A stretch of 64,000 nucleotides of DNA from Bacteroidota bacterium (GCA_039714655.1 JBDLIX010000001.1:16878-80877), one strand, 5' to 3'; numbered from the stretch's first letter, positions 1-10,938 are shown. Numbers and translations are program-made. The notes: generated by a model not told the origin, from the letters alone.

Positions 1-106
1 CACTTATTAGTGTAATGATCATAGTGCCATTGCTTGCGCAGGAGATCTGGGTCTGGGGATCATCCTGAATAAGATGTAGGGATCTGAATCAGTTAGTAAT
101 AGCACA

Positions 107-1513
107 ATGACAGAGCAAAGCCCGACTTCCAGGAGGCTGATCCTTGTTTTAATTATCATCACCTCCTTCATCAATCCTTTCCTGGGAGCAGCAATAAATA
201 TTGCCCTTCCAACCATTAGTCAGGAGTTCTCCATGGGTGCAGTGGGAATGAGCTGGGTGGCAATGGCCTTCCTGCTTTCGTCCGCTGTCTTTCTGGTTCC
301 TCTTGGAAAACTGGCCGATATCAAGGGCAGAAAACTGGTATTCCTTCTTGGTAATATTCTCATTGTTGGTTCGTCCATCCTTTGTGCATTGTCATGGTCG
401 GGTAGTATGCTCATCGGCCTTCGAGCCTTACAAGGAATTGGAAGCGCCATGGTTTTTGGAACGGGTGTAGCCATCATCACTTCCGTATTCCCTCCCCGGG
501 AGAGAGGTAAAGCCATCGGAATTACTGTTACTTCGGTTTACATAGGTCTCTCCCTGGCTCCTTTCCTGGGAGGAATACTTACTCAGTATATGGGCTGGCG
601 CAGCATCTTTTATGTCACCATCCCATTTGAAATTCTGGTTGTCTGGATCACATGGAGATATATTAAAGAGGAGTGGGCAGATGCAAAAGGAGAGAAATTC
701 GATCTTCCCGGATCGATCCTCTACCTGCTCTCAATGTCTGCATTCATGTTCGGTTTTTCACGAATGCCGGAAATATCTGCCATCGTTCTTACCTCGGCCG
801 GACTCCTGGGTCTTATTGGTTTCACCATCATGGAAATGAAGGTCAGATTCCCCGTTTTCAACATTAAACTCTTTTCATCCAACCGTTTATTTGCATTTTC
901 TAATCTGGCTGCCCTGATAAATTATGCCACCACATATGCCATTACCTTTCTACTGAGCCTTTACCTTCAGTATGTACAGGGCCTGTCGCCAAGAGATGCG
1001 GGAATGATCCTGATTACCCAGCCGGTCACCATGGCAATTATTGCATCAATTTCGGGTAGACTTTCCGACAGGTATGATCCCAGGATACTTGCCTCAACAG
1101 GAATGGGGATTATTGTTGGGGGACTTGTGATGCTAACACTCCTTACCGAACAATCAACCATCTCTTATATGATATTGATCCTTGTCATTGTAGGTTTTGG
1201 GTTTGGCATGTTTTCCTCTCCGAATACCAATGCCATCATGGGTTCGGTGGATAAAAAATACCTGGGTATTGCCTCTGCTACAGTAGGAACCATGCGGTTA
1301 ACCGGACAGATGATGAGCATGGGGATTGCTACTTTGATTCTGCAGATATTTATTGGCAACAAGCCTATTTCAGCACACTATTCCACAGAATTCATGACCA
1401 GCATGAGAGCCAGCTTCATTGTCTTCGCAATACTCTGTATGATAGGAGTATTCGCTTCGCTGGCCAGAGGAAAATCCAATCAGGACTTGCAGACAAGCAC
1501 AAAGAGAGTTTGA
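107..1513 (+). CDS. MFS transporter (drug:H+ antiporter-like)
   Basis: 468-aa ORF that is hydrophobic throughout. It has an MFS motif-A-like 'GKLADIKGRKLVFLLG' after the second hydrophobic segment. Confidence 0.85.
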   Translation: MTEQSPTSRRLILVLIIITSFINPFLGAAINIALPTISQEFSMGAVGMSWVAMAFLLSSAVFLVPLGKLADIKGRKLVFLLGNILIVGSSILCALSWSGSMLIGLRALQGIGSAMVFGTGVAIITSVFPPRERGKAIGITVTSVYIGLSLAPFLGGILTQYMGWRSIFYVTIPFEILVVWITWRYIKEEWADAKGEKFDLPGSILYLLSMSAFMFGFSRMPEISAIVLTSAGLLGLIGFTIMEMKVRFPVFNIKLFSSNRLFAFSNLAALINYATTYAITFLLSLYLQYVQGLSPRDAGMILITQPVTMAIIASISGRLSDRYDPRILASTGMGIIVGGLVMLTLLTEQSTISYMILILVIVGFGFGMFSSPNTNAIMGSVDKKYLGIASATVGTMRLTGQMMSMGIATLILQIFIGNKPISAHYSTEFMTSMRASFIVFAILCMIGVFASLARGKSNQDLQTSTKRV

Positions 1514-1519
1514 CCAGGA

Positions 1520-2536
1520 TCAGGGATTATAATGGGATTTTCTGAGAACTTCCTGGTAATTGCGATGTGACAGAAGCTGATGAAGTGAGAACTTCGGATG
1601 CTCCTCAGCAAAAGCTTTCACAATCTGCTTGCCCTGCCAAACAGCTGCCCGACCAGGAGATTCATCGGTATAGTAGCTGGTATTGGGTGCATCCTCAACC
1701 AGTTTGCGGATGACCATGGGATCTGAAGAGAAGAGTAGTTTTTCCTCCACAAGGTGGGTCCACATCTGTTTTTCGTTGTTGTAGCACCACTTCAGCTGAT
1801 CCTCTGAAAAACCCATCTTCAGCGGCTCCTCCATTCCGGGGTACATGGCATCCACAAAATAGACCAGCATTCCCTGATAGATCATCCTGGTCAGCAAATT
1901 ATCCAGGGAATCATTGTAGGGATAGATCTGGGTGGCCCAGGCGTACATCACATCCACCGGAATCCGTTCCGGAACCTTATTCCGGGTCAGGTACCTGGGA
2001 GTACCCATAAGCTCATAGTAGTTGCAATCGGCACCAAGGTATTGGTCCAGTCCGACCCCCACGAAATGGTCTACCGTAAACAATCCCTGATTGAACCTGC
2101 TCACATACCCTACGACCCTGGGCAAAACAGAATCGGGATAATGATAGAGATAATGCCTGAATCCTTCTGTTAATTGTCCGTTGATCTCATCCATCGATGA
2201 AAACAGATTGAGGGTATAATCATATACCTCCCTGTTGGTCGGATCATTGATAAACATGGAAAGAAAGGAGGGATAGCGCCTGGCAGATGCCTGCCCAATA
2301 TTGATCACATGCACATTATAAATATCGAAGAAATCACCATAGCTGTTATAGAGTGTCCCAATGGAACTGTTGATAGAATCCTGGTCCAGGTCAAACAGGG
2401 CTTTATCGAACCGTTCCAAATGCACCACTGCATCAATTCCCGACAGATCCACATCCAGCTGATCCCGCCTGCATCCAACACCAAGCAGAGCGATGCACAA
2501 CAGAAAAACCATCAACCTTTGAACAGGTCTCATCAT
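1520..2536 (-). CDS. gldB: GldB-like gliding-motility lipoprotein
   Basis: 338 aa with a signal peptide and lipobox (LLGVGC). The N-terminal 'VHLERFDKALFDLD' resembles my recollection of the GldB family N-terminus. The size fits. Confidence 0.55.
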   Translation of the reverse strand: MMRPVQRLMVFLLCIALLGVGCRRDQLDVDLSGIDAVVHLERFDKALFDLDQDSINSSIGTLYNSYGDFFDIYNVHVINIGQASARRYPSFLSMFINDPTNREVYDYTLNLFSSMDEINGQLTEGFRHYLYHYPDSVLPRVVGYVSRFNQGLFTVDHFVGVGLDQYLGADCNYYELMGTPRYLTRNKVPERIPVDVMYAWATQIYPYNDSLDNLLTRMIYQGMLVYFVDAMYPGMEEPLKMGFSEDQLKWCYNNEKQMWTHLVEEKLLFSSDPMVIRKLVEDAPNTSYYTDESPGRAAVWQGKQIVKAFAEEHPKFSLHQLLSHRNYQEVLRKSHYNP

Positions 2537-2582
2537 AATATGTAAATTTGAGCGTTTAATTGGATAGACAAAAGTAAAAAAT

Positions 2583-3248
2583 ATGAAATTGATGAACCAA
2601 TTATTAATTACTTCAATGTTGTTTGGAGCAATTCTGACAACTCAAGGACAGTCCCAGATGAAATTCAGTGTGCATGCCGACCCGCAATTTGCCTGGTTCA
2701 GTTCCGATGAAGAGGAGGTAACTCCTGACGGCTCCATATTTCATATCCAGACAGGGATTCAGATGGATCTCTTTTTCGATAAGAATTATGCATTCACTTT
2801 GGGTTTCGGAATTAACAACATGGGTGGGAATCTTCTCTATTCCGACTCCACAAAATTTATCTCAAAGGAAGACACAATCTTTGCCACACCTGGTCAGACC
2901 GTCAAACATAATCTTCAGTACTTTGACATTCCCTTTGGACTTAAGTTAAAAACAGAGGAGTTGGGTTACGCCACCTTCTTTCTGGAGATTGGATTCAATC
3001 CCATGATCAACATCAATGCTTCTGCCACCACAAAAGATGATTCATTTGATAAAGAGAATATCCGTGAAGATACACACCTGTTTAACCTGGGATATCATAC
3101 GGGTATCGGGGTAGAATACCGGCTGGGCGGAAGCACTTCAGCCATTGGAGGAGTACGCTGGACCTCCGGGCTTACCGATGTATCCAGCAATGATAAAGCT
3201 AAGATTACCATGAATGCAATCTCCTTCCATCTGGGGATTCTCTTTTGA
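2583..3248 (+). CDS. Outer-membrane beta-barrel (porin-family) protein
   Basis: 221 aa with a signal peptide, alternating hydrophobic beta-strand pattern, and a C-terminal 'HLGILF' ending in Phe. Confidence 0.6.
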   Translation: MKLMNQLLITSMLFGAILTTQGQSQMKFSVHADPQFAWFSSDEEEVTPDGSIFHIQTGIQMDLFFDKNYAFTLGFGINNMGGNLLYSDSTKFISKEDTIFATPGQTVKHNLQYFDIPFGLKLKTEELGYATFFLEIGFNPMININASATTKDDSFDKENIREDTHLFNLGYHTGIGVEYRLGGSTSAIGGVRWTSGLTDVSSNDKAKITMNAISFHLGILF

Positions 3249-3254
3249 AATGCC

Positions 3255-4913
3255 ATGAACATTGCTCTTGCACAGCTCAACTATCTTATCGGGGACTTCG
3301 AGGGGAACCTGATGAAGATCCTGGATGCAGTTCACCGGTCCAGAGATCAGGGAGCCGATCTGGTGGTTTTTTCAGAGCTCTCCATCTGCGGATACCCTCC
3401 CCTGGACCTCCTGGAACGGAAGGATTTTATCACCACCTGCAACCTTTATATTGAGAAAATTGCCAAAAGCATTGATTCAGAAACAGGTGTGCTGGTAGGC
3501 GGACCAGAATTCAACCCGCAAAAGGAGGGCAAATTGCTTTACAACTCTGTCTTCTTTCTCCAGGGAGGAGAGATACAGCAGGTATTTCGAAAAACGCTTT
3601 TACCCACTTATGATATATTTGATGAATACAGGTACTTCGAACCTAACTTAAATTTCAACATACTCAAATTTAAAGGAAAAAGTCTTGCGATTACCATTTG
3701 TGAAGACCTCTGGGATGAGCAGCCATTTGAAAGCGAGTTTTCAAGAAGCAGACTCTACACCACCAATCCACTGGAGGAGTTGAGTGGTTACAATCCTGAT
3801 GTGATCATTAACCTGGCAGCCTCTCCTTTTGCGCACAGGAAGATGGAGGTAAAGCAATCCATATTTACCGGCAAAGCAGCCCGGTATGGAATTCCGCTGC
3901 TCTATTGCAATCAGGTGGGTGCCCATACAGAACTGATTTTTGAAGGAGGCTCATTGGCCATCAACAGTGCAGGTGATGTAATAAAGCGACTCGCTTTCTT
4001 CCAGGAAGATTATGGAGTATTTAACATCCAAAAGCTCACCCGGGAAAAACCAATTCCAGCTGAAGGGAAGATCCCAGACCGGATCGCCATGATGGCTGAC
4101 GGATTGATTTGTGGCATCAGAGACTATTTTGAAAAAATGAACTTCAGGAGTGCTACTCTGGGTCTGTCAGGCGGAATCGACTCGGCGGTGACACTGGCAC
4201 TTGCAGCAGAGGCTTTGGGACCTGAAAACATGCATGTTCTCCTGCTTCCCTCCCAGTACTCTTCCAACCACAGCATCGACGATTCGGTACAGTTAGCGAA
4301 GAACCTGGGTGTACAGTATGACATCCTCCCCATTGAGTCTGTTTTTAACCGGTTCAGGGATACGTTGCAACCACTGTTTGGAGAACTTCCGGAAGACATT
4401 ACCGAGGAGAATATTCAGGCCAGGATCAGGGGTACTTTACTCATGGCCCTCTCTAATAAATTTGGGAATATCCTGTTAAACACCAGCAATAAGAGCGAGA
4501 CAGCCGTGGGATATGGCACACTTTATGGGGACATGAGTGGTGGACTCTCGGTGCTTGGGGATGTTTATAAAACTGATGTATATCTGGTGGCCAGGTATTT
4601 TAACCGGCAAAAAGAGGTCATTCCGGAGAACATTATTACAAAACCTCCTTCTGCCGAATTGAGACCCGACCAGAAAGACACTGATTCTCTACCCCCTTAT
4701 GATGAATTGGATATGATCCTGGAAGCCTATATTGAAAGACAGCTACCTCCTGAAAAGCTGGCAGCCATGGGATTTGACAGGGACTTGGTTGGAAAGATCA
4801 TTGGCATGGTCAACCAAAATGAATATAAACGGTATCAGACCCCACCCATCCTTAGGGTATCATCCAAAGCCTTCGGAGTAGGAAGACGACTACCACTCGT
4901 AGCCAAATATTGA
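3255..4913 (+). CDS. nadE: Glutamine-dependent NAD+ synthetase
   Basis: 552 aa. The N-terminal C-N hydrolase domain has a catalytic-Cys context 'ITICEDLW'. The C-terminal domain has the PP-loop 'LSGGIDSAV'. Confidence 0.93.
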   Translation: MNIALAQLNYLIGDFEGNLMKILDAVHRSRDQGADLVVFSELSICGYPPLDLLERKDFITTCNLYIEKIAKSIDSETGVLVGGPEFNPQKEGKLLYNSVFFLQGGEIQQVFRKTLLPTYDIFDEYRYFEPNLNFNILKFKGKSLAITICEDLWDEQPFESEFSRSRLYTTNPLEELSGYNPDVIINLAASPFAHRKMEVKQSIFTGKAARYGIPLLYCNQVGAHTELIFEGGSLAINSAGDVIKRLAFFQEDYGVFNIQKLTREKPIPAEGKIPDRIAMMADGLICGIRDYFEKMNFRSATLGLSGGIDSAVTLALAAEALGPENMHVLLLPSQYSSNHSIDDSVQLAKNLGVQYDILPIESVFNRFRDTLQPLFGELPEDITEENIQARIRGTLLMALSNKFGNILLNTSNKSETAVGYGTLYGDMSGGLSVLGDVYKTDVYLVARYFNRQKEVIPENIITKPPSAELRPDQKDTDSLPPYDELDMILEAYIERQLPPEKLAAMGFDRDLVGKIIGMVNQNEYKRYQTPPILRVSSKAFGVGRRLPLVAKY

Positions 4914-4982
4914 CATGAATTTGATTATTTTTTCTATTTTTGTGTGTTATTCAACATGATATGACTAATTAATTAATATACA

Positions 4983-5684
4983 ATGCAGGAAAGGAGCTAC
5001 AATGCAGATGACTGTATCGACAATCCGAAATCTGTATTATCAGTACTTACTCCCAAAGAAAAGGAATTCCTGAAGCAAAATTATACCTGCGCTTATTACA
5101 AGAAAGGTGAGATCATTTTCAAAGAGGGTGACAAGCCCATTGGATTAATGATCCTTGCCGAAGGGAAGGTAAAGATCTTCAAAGAGGGAGTTGGTGGAAG
5201 AGAGCAAATCGTAAGGATGGCCAAACCAGTAGGATTTATTGGTTACAGGGCCCTTTTCGCAGAAGAGAATCATACCGCTACGGCAGTGGCCATTGAAGAT
5301 TGTGTCTCATGCATCGTCGATAAAGTGAGTGTTTTCAGGGTCATGCGCAGCAATGCAGAACTAAGCATGAGTATCATCCATTCCTTTGCATCCGAACTGG
5401 GTTTTTCACACGACCGGACAGTCACACTCACTCAGAAACATATTCGCGGAAGGCTGGCAGAGTCCCTCATATTCCTGAAGGACACCTATGGATCCGAAGA
5501 TGACGGAAAAACCATTAAGATCTATCTTTCCCGTGAGGACGTGGCCAACCTCTCCAATATGACCACTTCCAATGCCATTCGCACCCTCTCCACATTTGCC
5601 CAGGAGGGTGTTATTTCCATCGATGGCAGGAAAATCAGGATCCTTGACTTACCCAAGCTGGAACGCATCAGTGAGCTGGGTTAG
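4983..5684 (+). CDS. Crp/Fnr family transcriptional regulator
   Basis: 233 aa with a cNMP-binding-like beta-roll ('GEIIFKEGD...KVKIFKEG') and a C-terminal HTH ('SREDVANLSNMTTSNAIRTLSTF'). Confidence 0.85.
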   Translation: MQERSYNADDCIDNPKSVLSVLTPKEKEFLKQNYTCAYYKKGEIIFKEGDKPIGLMILAEGKVKIFKEGVGGREQIVRMAKPVGFIGYRALFAEENHTATAVAIEDCVSCIVDKVSVFRVMRSNAELSMSIIHSFASELGFSHDRTVTLTQKHIRGRLAESLIFLKDTYGSEDDGKTIKIYLSREDVANLSNMTTSNAIRTLSTFAQEGVISIDGRKIRILDLPKLERISELG

Positions 5685-5687
5685 GGC

Positions 5688-6596
5688 ATGAAGTTCCTGG
5701 GCTACATTCTGACCTACAGCCTCATCTGGTTACTTCACCTGTTGCCCGAACGCATCCTCTACTGGATTTCTGATTTTATTTACCTTCTGATCTATTATGT
5801 GATTGGCTACAGAAAGAAAGTAGTATATGGCAACATCAAAAAAGCATTCCCGGAGTATGACCAAAAAGAGATCCGTAAAACTGCCAGGAAGTTTTACCAC
5901 CACCTGTGCGATGTAATACTGGAGTCGGCAGTATCACATTTCTACTCTCAATCAAAAGCGCTGAAAAAGATCACCTATCGAAATCCTGAATTACTCAATG
6001 AAATCTACGATAAGGGAAAGCTGGTTATGGCTGTGACCGGACACTATGGCAACTGGGAATACCTCTCCACCCTCGGATTCGTTACGAAATACCCATTTAT
6101 CGCCATTTACAAGCCCTTGAAAAACAGGTATTTTGACCGGATGGTCAAGGAGAACAGGACCAAATTCGGTGCCATGGTAACTCCCATGGAAAAAATAGCA
6201 AGAGATCTGATTACCTACCACCGGGAAAGAAAGCCTGTACTAACCATCTTTCTTGCTGATCAGCGGCCTATGTTTCATCAAATCCAGTACTGGACAAAAT
6301 TCATGGGTCTGGACACACCCCTCTACCTGGGTACTGAAAAGCTGGCCCGAAAACTGAATGCGGCTGTGGTTTTTCTGAAGGTCAGAAAAGTCCAGAGAGG
6401 AAGGTACGAAGTCGAGTTTGAGCAAATCACCGATGATCCAATGGAGCATGAACCCTTTGACATCACAGAAGCACATGTGAGGATCCTGGAAAACTTGATC
6501 AGAGAAGAACCTGGTTACTGGCTCTGGTCGCACCGAAGATGGAAGCACTCCATTGAACGATACAAGAAAGAGCAGAGAAAACAGGAGAGCGGTTAA
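5688..6596 (+). CDS. Lipid A biosynthesis (LpxL/HtrB-type) lysophospholipid acyltransferase
   Basis: 302 aa with an N-terminal TM segment and 'HxxxxE/D'-type 'TGHYGNWEY' acyltransferase motif. The layout is typical of the HtrB family. Confidence 0.8.
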   Translation: MKFLGYILTYSLIWLLHLLPERILYWISDFIYLLIYYVIGYRKKVVYGNIKKAFPEYDQKEIRKTARKFYHHLCDVILESAVSHFYSQSKALKKITYRNPELLNEIYDKGKLVMAVTGHYGNWEYLSTLGFVTKYPFIAIYKPLKNRYFDRMVKENRTKFGAMVTPMEKIARDLITYHRERKPVLTIFLADQRPMFHQIQYWTKFMGLDTPLYLGTEKLARKLNAAVVFLKVRKVQRGRYEVEFEQITDDPMEHEPFDITEAHVRILENLIREEPGYWLWSHRRWKHSIERYKKEQRKQESG

Positions 6597-8455
6597 ATGC
6601 CTTTCGAACAGGTGATTAATTCCAGCACCTCTTCCTGATTTTTCTCAAAAGAGAACAACTCCTCAACCCGCTTTCTTCCTTCTCTTCCCATCTTTTCCCT
6701 AAGGGTACTGTTACCGGCCAATTCGAGAACTCTTGTAGCCATTTCCCTGGCACTGTTTCGCGCTGTAATATAGCCTGTTTCACCATGAGTGATGATCTCT
6801 GCCGAAGATCTAATATCAAATGCAACCACCGGCTTTCTACTGGCCATGGCCTCTGCAATTACATAACCAAACCCTTCGTAATGGGAAGAGAGCAGGAAAA
6901 TATCCAGGGAACGAAAGAAGGCCGGCATATCCTCCACAAAACCAAGGAACTCCACCCAATCCTCAACCCCAAGCTTTTTAGCTCTTTTTTGTAACGATTG
7001 AAGCAGTCTCCCTTCACCTGCGATTAATAACTTAAATCTCACTCCACGGTTGCGAAGAAGTTGCATCATCTCCAGCAAATAGAGATGACCCTTTTCCTCT
7101 GATAACCGACCAGCACTTCCCAATACAATTTCACCTTTTTCAGCACTATACAGGGGATCGATATCCCGGTGATACTTGGGAAGGTAAACACCGTTATAGA
7201 TAACCTTGATCTTTTCATCAGGAACCAGAGATTCGTTGTTGGCAAGGATGGTCCTTTTGGTCTCCTTGGAATTGGCCATGATCTTTGTGATCACCCTTCT
7301 TAACAGATACCTGTTTATGGGAGTATTCCTGATGGGTATGGCACTGCCTCTCCGGTAAATGATCCTTGGTACCCCGGCAATCTTTCCTGCAATGCTGGCA
7401 ATCTTCATATCGCCAGAAAGATTGGTCACCAGGATCCCCACCTTCTCTCTTTTAAAGATCCGGACAACTTTGAAAACTTTCAGTGGATTAAGAAAACTAA
7501 GGTTGGCTATACGGATTCCGTAACCGGAGATTCCTATCTCTATTAATCTTTCAGACAATGGGCTCCCAGTAGAGGATACAAACAATGCCCTGTGATGCTG
7601 CTTTTTCAGGAAGGAAGCCACATCAAAATGCCATTTCTCTCCACCACCCCAGCTCTGCATGGTATTGAAAAAACAGATGGTCTTTTTTTGATTACGACTT
7701 TCATCTTTGTAAATATTCCTGAGTTTCACATACTTCTGGAACACTTCATGGGCCGAGTTTACACTTACAATGAATCCGTAATATCCATCCAGAAAACCGG
7801 TTCGTATAATATAATCTTTGATAAACCTCCAGAACGGATGAAGAACCATGCTGAAAAAATAAACACGCCTCCCCTGCTCATAGTAGGAACGGGCCAGAAT
7901 GGTTGAGAATGAGTTCATCTGCACCAGGTGTTCATCAACTGAATAGTAGGAAAAGTGAAGGATATCTCCTTTCAGATACAACCGTGTGGCACCTTTATTC
8001 AAGTAGAACCTGTCATGCGGATTAAATCCTCCCCAGCTCCCTTTCCGGGCATCCCACAATCTCATTTTCCTGGAAGGGTACCAGGTGGTGTGACGGATCC
8101 ATTTTCCACAATAGTTGGTTAATCTGTTAAAATAGTAACCATCATGGGTCCAGTTCATCTTTACCTGCAGGATAGAGCTCCTCAGTTTGTCCGAAAGTGC
8201 TTCATCTGCATCCAGGGAAAGAATATAGGGAGAGCTGGCCTGCAAGATGGCCCAATTTTTCTGCTCAATGTGCCCGTTGAACCTGTGTTTTATAAATTTC
8301 ACATGAAACGACGTGCAAATCTCCTCCGTACGATCGGTGGAATAGCTATCCACCACAATGATTTCATCGGCCACACCTTCAAGAGATTCCAGACAACGCT
8401 GAATATTTCTTTCCTCGTTGAAAGTGATGACGACTGCAGAGATCCGTACTTCCAT
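6593..8455 (-). CDS. Fused glycosyltransferase (N-terminal GT2, C-terminal GT4/GT1)
   Basis: 620 aa. The N-terminus 'SAVVITFNEERNIQRCLES...VVDSYSTDRT...LDADE' is GT2-like. The C-terminus 'LLSSHYEGFGYVIAEAMASRKPVVA' carries the GT4 E-x7-E region. Confidence 0.8.
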   Translation of the reverse strand: MEVRISAVVITFNEERNIQRCLESLEGVADEIIVVDSYSTDRTEEICTSFHVKFIKHRFNGHIEQKNWAILQASSPYILSLDADEALSDKLRSSILQVKMNWTHDGYYFNRLTNYCGKWIRHTTWYPSRKMRLWDARKGSWGGFNPHDRFYLNKGATRLYLKGDILHFSYYSVDEHLVQMNSFSTILARSYYEQGRRVYFFSMVLHPFWRFIKDYIIRTGFLDGYYGFIVSVNSAHEVFQKYVKLRNIYKDESRNQKKTICFFNTMQSWGGGEKWHFDVASFLKKQHHRALFVSSTGSPLSERLIEIGISGYGIRIANLSFLNPLKVFKVVRIFKREKVGILVTNLSGDMKIASIAGKIAGVPRIIYRRGSAIPIRNTPINRYLLRRVITKIMANSKETKRTILANNESLVPDEKIKVIYNGVYLPKYHRDIDPLYSAEKGEIVLGSAGRLSEEKGHLYLLEMMQLLRNRGVRFKLLIAGEGRLLQSLQKRAKKLGVEDWVEFLGFVEDMPAFFRSLDIFLLSSHYEGFGYVIAEAMASRKPVVAFDIRSSAEIITHGETGYITARNSAREMATRVLELAGNSTLREKMGREGRKRVEELFSFEKNQEEVLELITCSKGI

Positions 8456-8457
8456 AA

Positions 8458-10932
8458 CTACTCCTGCAAATATACTCTTTTCACCCGCTCCGGGATAGAT
8501 GTCAATATTTCATAAGGAATGGTTCCGGCCTGACCGGCGAGAATGGATACCAGCTGGTGCTTCCCGAATATTTCAACCCTGTCACCTTCAGATACTTTTA
8601 GTCCGGTCACATCAATCATGGTCATATCCATACAAATATTTCCTATGGTTGGTGCAAATATCCCGTTAATCCATACCTTGCCCACACCATTCCCCAGATT
8701 TCGGTTCAAACCATCGGCATACCCAACCGGTATGGTGGCAATTCTACTTTCACGATCACTCTTTCCATGCCTGGAATAACCTATGGTCTCTCCCTCCATA
8801 ACAGTTCGGATCTGGGAAATGCTGGTTTTAAATGAGCTTACAGGGTGAAGGGCTTCGGCCCTGCCTATACCATGAAGTCCGATCCCCAATCTGACCATAT
8901 CATACTGTGCTTCCGGGAACCTTTCAATCCCTGCCGAATTTAGAATATGTTTATGAAACGGTTCTTCAATTTCATTGGATAGAAGGGAGGCAATTCGTTC
9001 AAATTTCTTCTGCTGCTTCTTAGTAAATTTATCATGACTGGACTCATCACTGGCTGCCAGATGAGTGAAAATAGAGGTCAACCGGAACTCCTCGCGCTTT
9101 AACCATGGGACCAGCATCTCAACTTCCTCTTCCTGAAAACCAAGCCGGTGCATTCCTGTATCCAGTTTGATATGGATCGGGTATTGCTTTAAGCCACGGT
9201 AATGGAGGATCTCATACAGCGCTTCCAGGCTCCTTAAACTGAAAATCTCTGGTTCCAGCTGATAATCCAGCATGGGTCCGAATCCGGTCGGATCGGGATT
9301 CAGTACCATAATAGGAAGGTGTATTCCTGCATTGCGAAGTTCTACACCCTCATCAATGAATGCCACAGCCAGGTAATCCACGTTATGATATTGCAACAGG
9401 TTAGCAATCTCCACATTCCCACTACCATAGGAGAATGCCTTTACCATGACCATGGTTTTCACCCCTTCATTCAACAATGATCTGAAAAAATTAAGATTTT
9501 GCACCATGGCACTCAGGTCTATCTCAAGCAAGGTCTGGTGGGTTTTCAGCTGCAGCTCAGCTGTGATTCTCTCGAATCCAAATTTCCTTGAACCCTTGAT
9601 CAGTATGGTCCGGTTCCTGAATTGGGTCCGGTCCATTCTCTTTAGAAATTCCTGTGTATCTATAAAGAAAAGAGCTGAATCGGGGAACAGTGTCCTGTAC
9701 TGCATGAGTGCCGGACCAATGCCAATGAATTGATCAATCCCCTTTTGAAGAAGCAGTTCAGCAATCTCTTTATACAATACCTGATCTTCAAGTCCGCTCT
9801 GTAAAAGATCGGAGAGGATGATCAGTTTTCCATTCCCTTTATCATGCTGAACCGTCAGGTCAAGGGCGGCCGAAAGCCCCCCGGTATCTGAATTGTAAGC
9901 ATCATTGATCAAAACAGTGCCCTGGATACCCTGAAGTATCTCCAGTCGCATGGAAACAGGTTCGAGGTTCTCAATACGTTCAGTAATCTTTTCGACAGGA
10001 ACTCCCATTTCGAGAGCAAAAGTAAGGGTCTGAAGGGCATTCTCGATGGAGGCATCATCCCCAAAAGGCAGTTTGAAACTGAACCGCCCCACAGGTGCAA
10101 TGGCTGTCAGTTCTGTATGCGATTGGGTTTGTTTCTTTTTGATATACTGGTAGGTGGCCTCTCCGTGGTAGGTGGCCTCTCCGTTCAGGCTCCAATGAAT
10201 GATCTTTGCCTGAAGATCCCCCATAAAGGATAGAATAGACCTGGATCCCACAACCTGGTCAGAACAGCAAATTACCTTTGTACAGTCCCGAAACAACAGC
10301 AACTTCTCCTTTAGTTTCGCCTCCACGCTATCAAAATTCTCCTGATGGGCCGTCCCCAGATTGGTAAACAAACCTATATGGGGCTGAATGATCGCCTGAA
10401 GCTTTTCCATCTCACCCGGGCGTGATATTCCTGCCTCGATGACAGCCATATCATGATGGTCCCCAACCATCCAAACCGAGAGAGGAACACCCACCTGGCT
10501 GTTGTAACTTTTCGGACTGCGATGCACTTTGAAAGGATCATCCAGACACTGGTATATCCACTCCTTAACGATGGTCTTTCCATTGCTACCGGAAATGGCT
10601 GCGACTGTACCTTCAAATGCCTGTCGCCTTGCCGATGCAAGACCCTGTAATCCCAACAGTGTATTTTTCACCAAACAAAATCCGGCTCCCGGATAAGATG
10701 AAATTCCGGGTAGATGCGACACCATGAATGATCGTATTCCCCTGCCATAAAGTTCGCCAATGTAGTCGTGTCCGTCGTGCTGGTCTCCTGCCAGAGCAAC
10801 AAACAGCGTGGAGTTGGAAGGGGCCAGGGTTCTGCTGTCTATGGCAAGATCAGTTACGATGAGGTTACCCTCTCCATGAACCGAGCCATCAATAAGATTG
10901 CCTATTTCATCCAGTGTCAATTCAAATCCCAT
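8458..10932 (-). CDS. murF/alr: Bifunctional UDP-MurNAc-pentapeptide synthetase (MurF) / alanine racemase (Alr)
   Basis: 824 aa. The Mur ligase P-loop is 'SGSNGKT'. The C-terminal half has the PLP-Lys context 'VMVKAFSYGSG' and alanine-racemase-like 'VGYADG'. Confidence 0.9.
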   Translation of the reverse strand: MGFELTLDEIGNLIDGSVHGEGNLIVTDLAIDSRTLAPSNSTLFVALAGDQHDGHDYIGELYGRGIRSFMVSHLPGISSYPGAGFCLVKNTLLGLQGLASARRQAFEGTVAAISGSNGKTIVKEWIYQCLDDPFKVHRSPKSYNSQVGVPLSVWMVGDHHDMAVIEAGISRPGEMEKLQAIIQPHIGLFTNLGTAHQENFDSVEAKLKEKLLLFRDCTKVICCSDQVVGSRSILSFMGDLQAKIIHWSLNGEATYHGEATYQYIKKKQTQSHTELTAIAPVGRFSFKLPFGDDASIENALQTLTFALEMGVPVEKITERIENLEPVSMRLEILQGIQGTVLINDAYNSDTGGLSAALDLTVQHDKGNGKLIILSDLLQSGLEDQVLYKEIAELLLQKGIDQFIGIGPALMQYRTLFPDSALFFIDTQEFLKRMDRTQFRNRTILIKGSRKFGFERITAELQLKTHQTLLEIDLSAMVQNLNFFRSLLNEGVKTMVMVKAFSYGSGNVEIANLLQYHNVDYLAVAFIDEGVELRNAGIHLPIMVLNPDPTGFGPMLDYQLEPEIFSLRSLEALYEILHYRGLKQYPIHIKLDTGMHRLGFQEEEVEMLVPWLKREEFRLTSIFTHLAASDESSHDKFTKKQQKKFERIASLLSNEIEEPFHKHILNSAGIERFPEAQYDMVRLGIGLHGIGRAEALHPVSSFKTSISQIRTVMEGETIGYSRHGKSDRESRIATIPVGYADGLNRNLGNGVGKVWINGIFAPTIGNICMDMTMIDVTGLKVSEGDRVEIFGKHQLVSILAGQAGTIPYEILTSIPERVKRVYLQE
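10149..10184. repeat. Perfect 18-bp in-frame tandem duplication inside murF/alr
   Basis: 'ggtaggtggcctctccgt' occurs twice back to back. On the coding strand this gives the duplicated peptide GEATYH/GEATYQ. Confidence 0.9.
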
Positions 10933-10938
10933 TATTTG

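Noticed and set aside
19-216. 65-aa minus-strand ORF at the window start
   Set aside because: It overlaps the MFS transporter start region, has no supporting motif, and is probably spurious.
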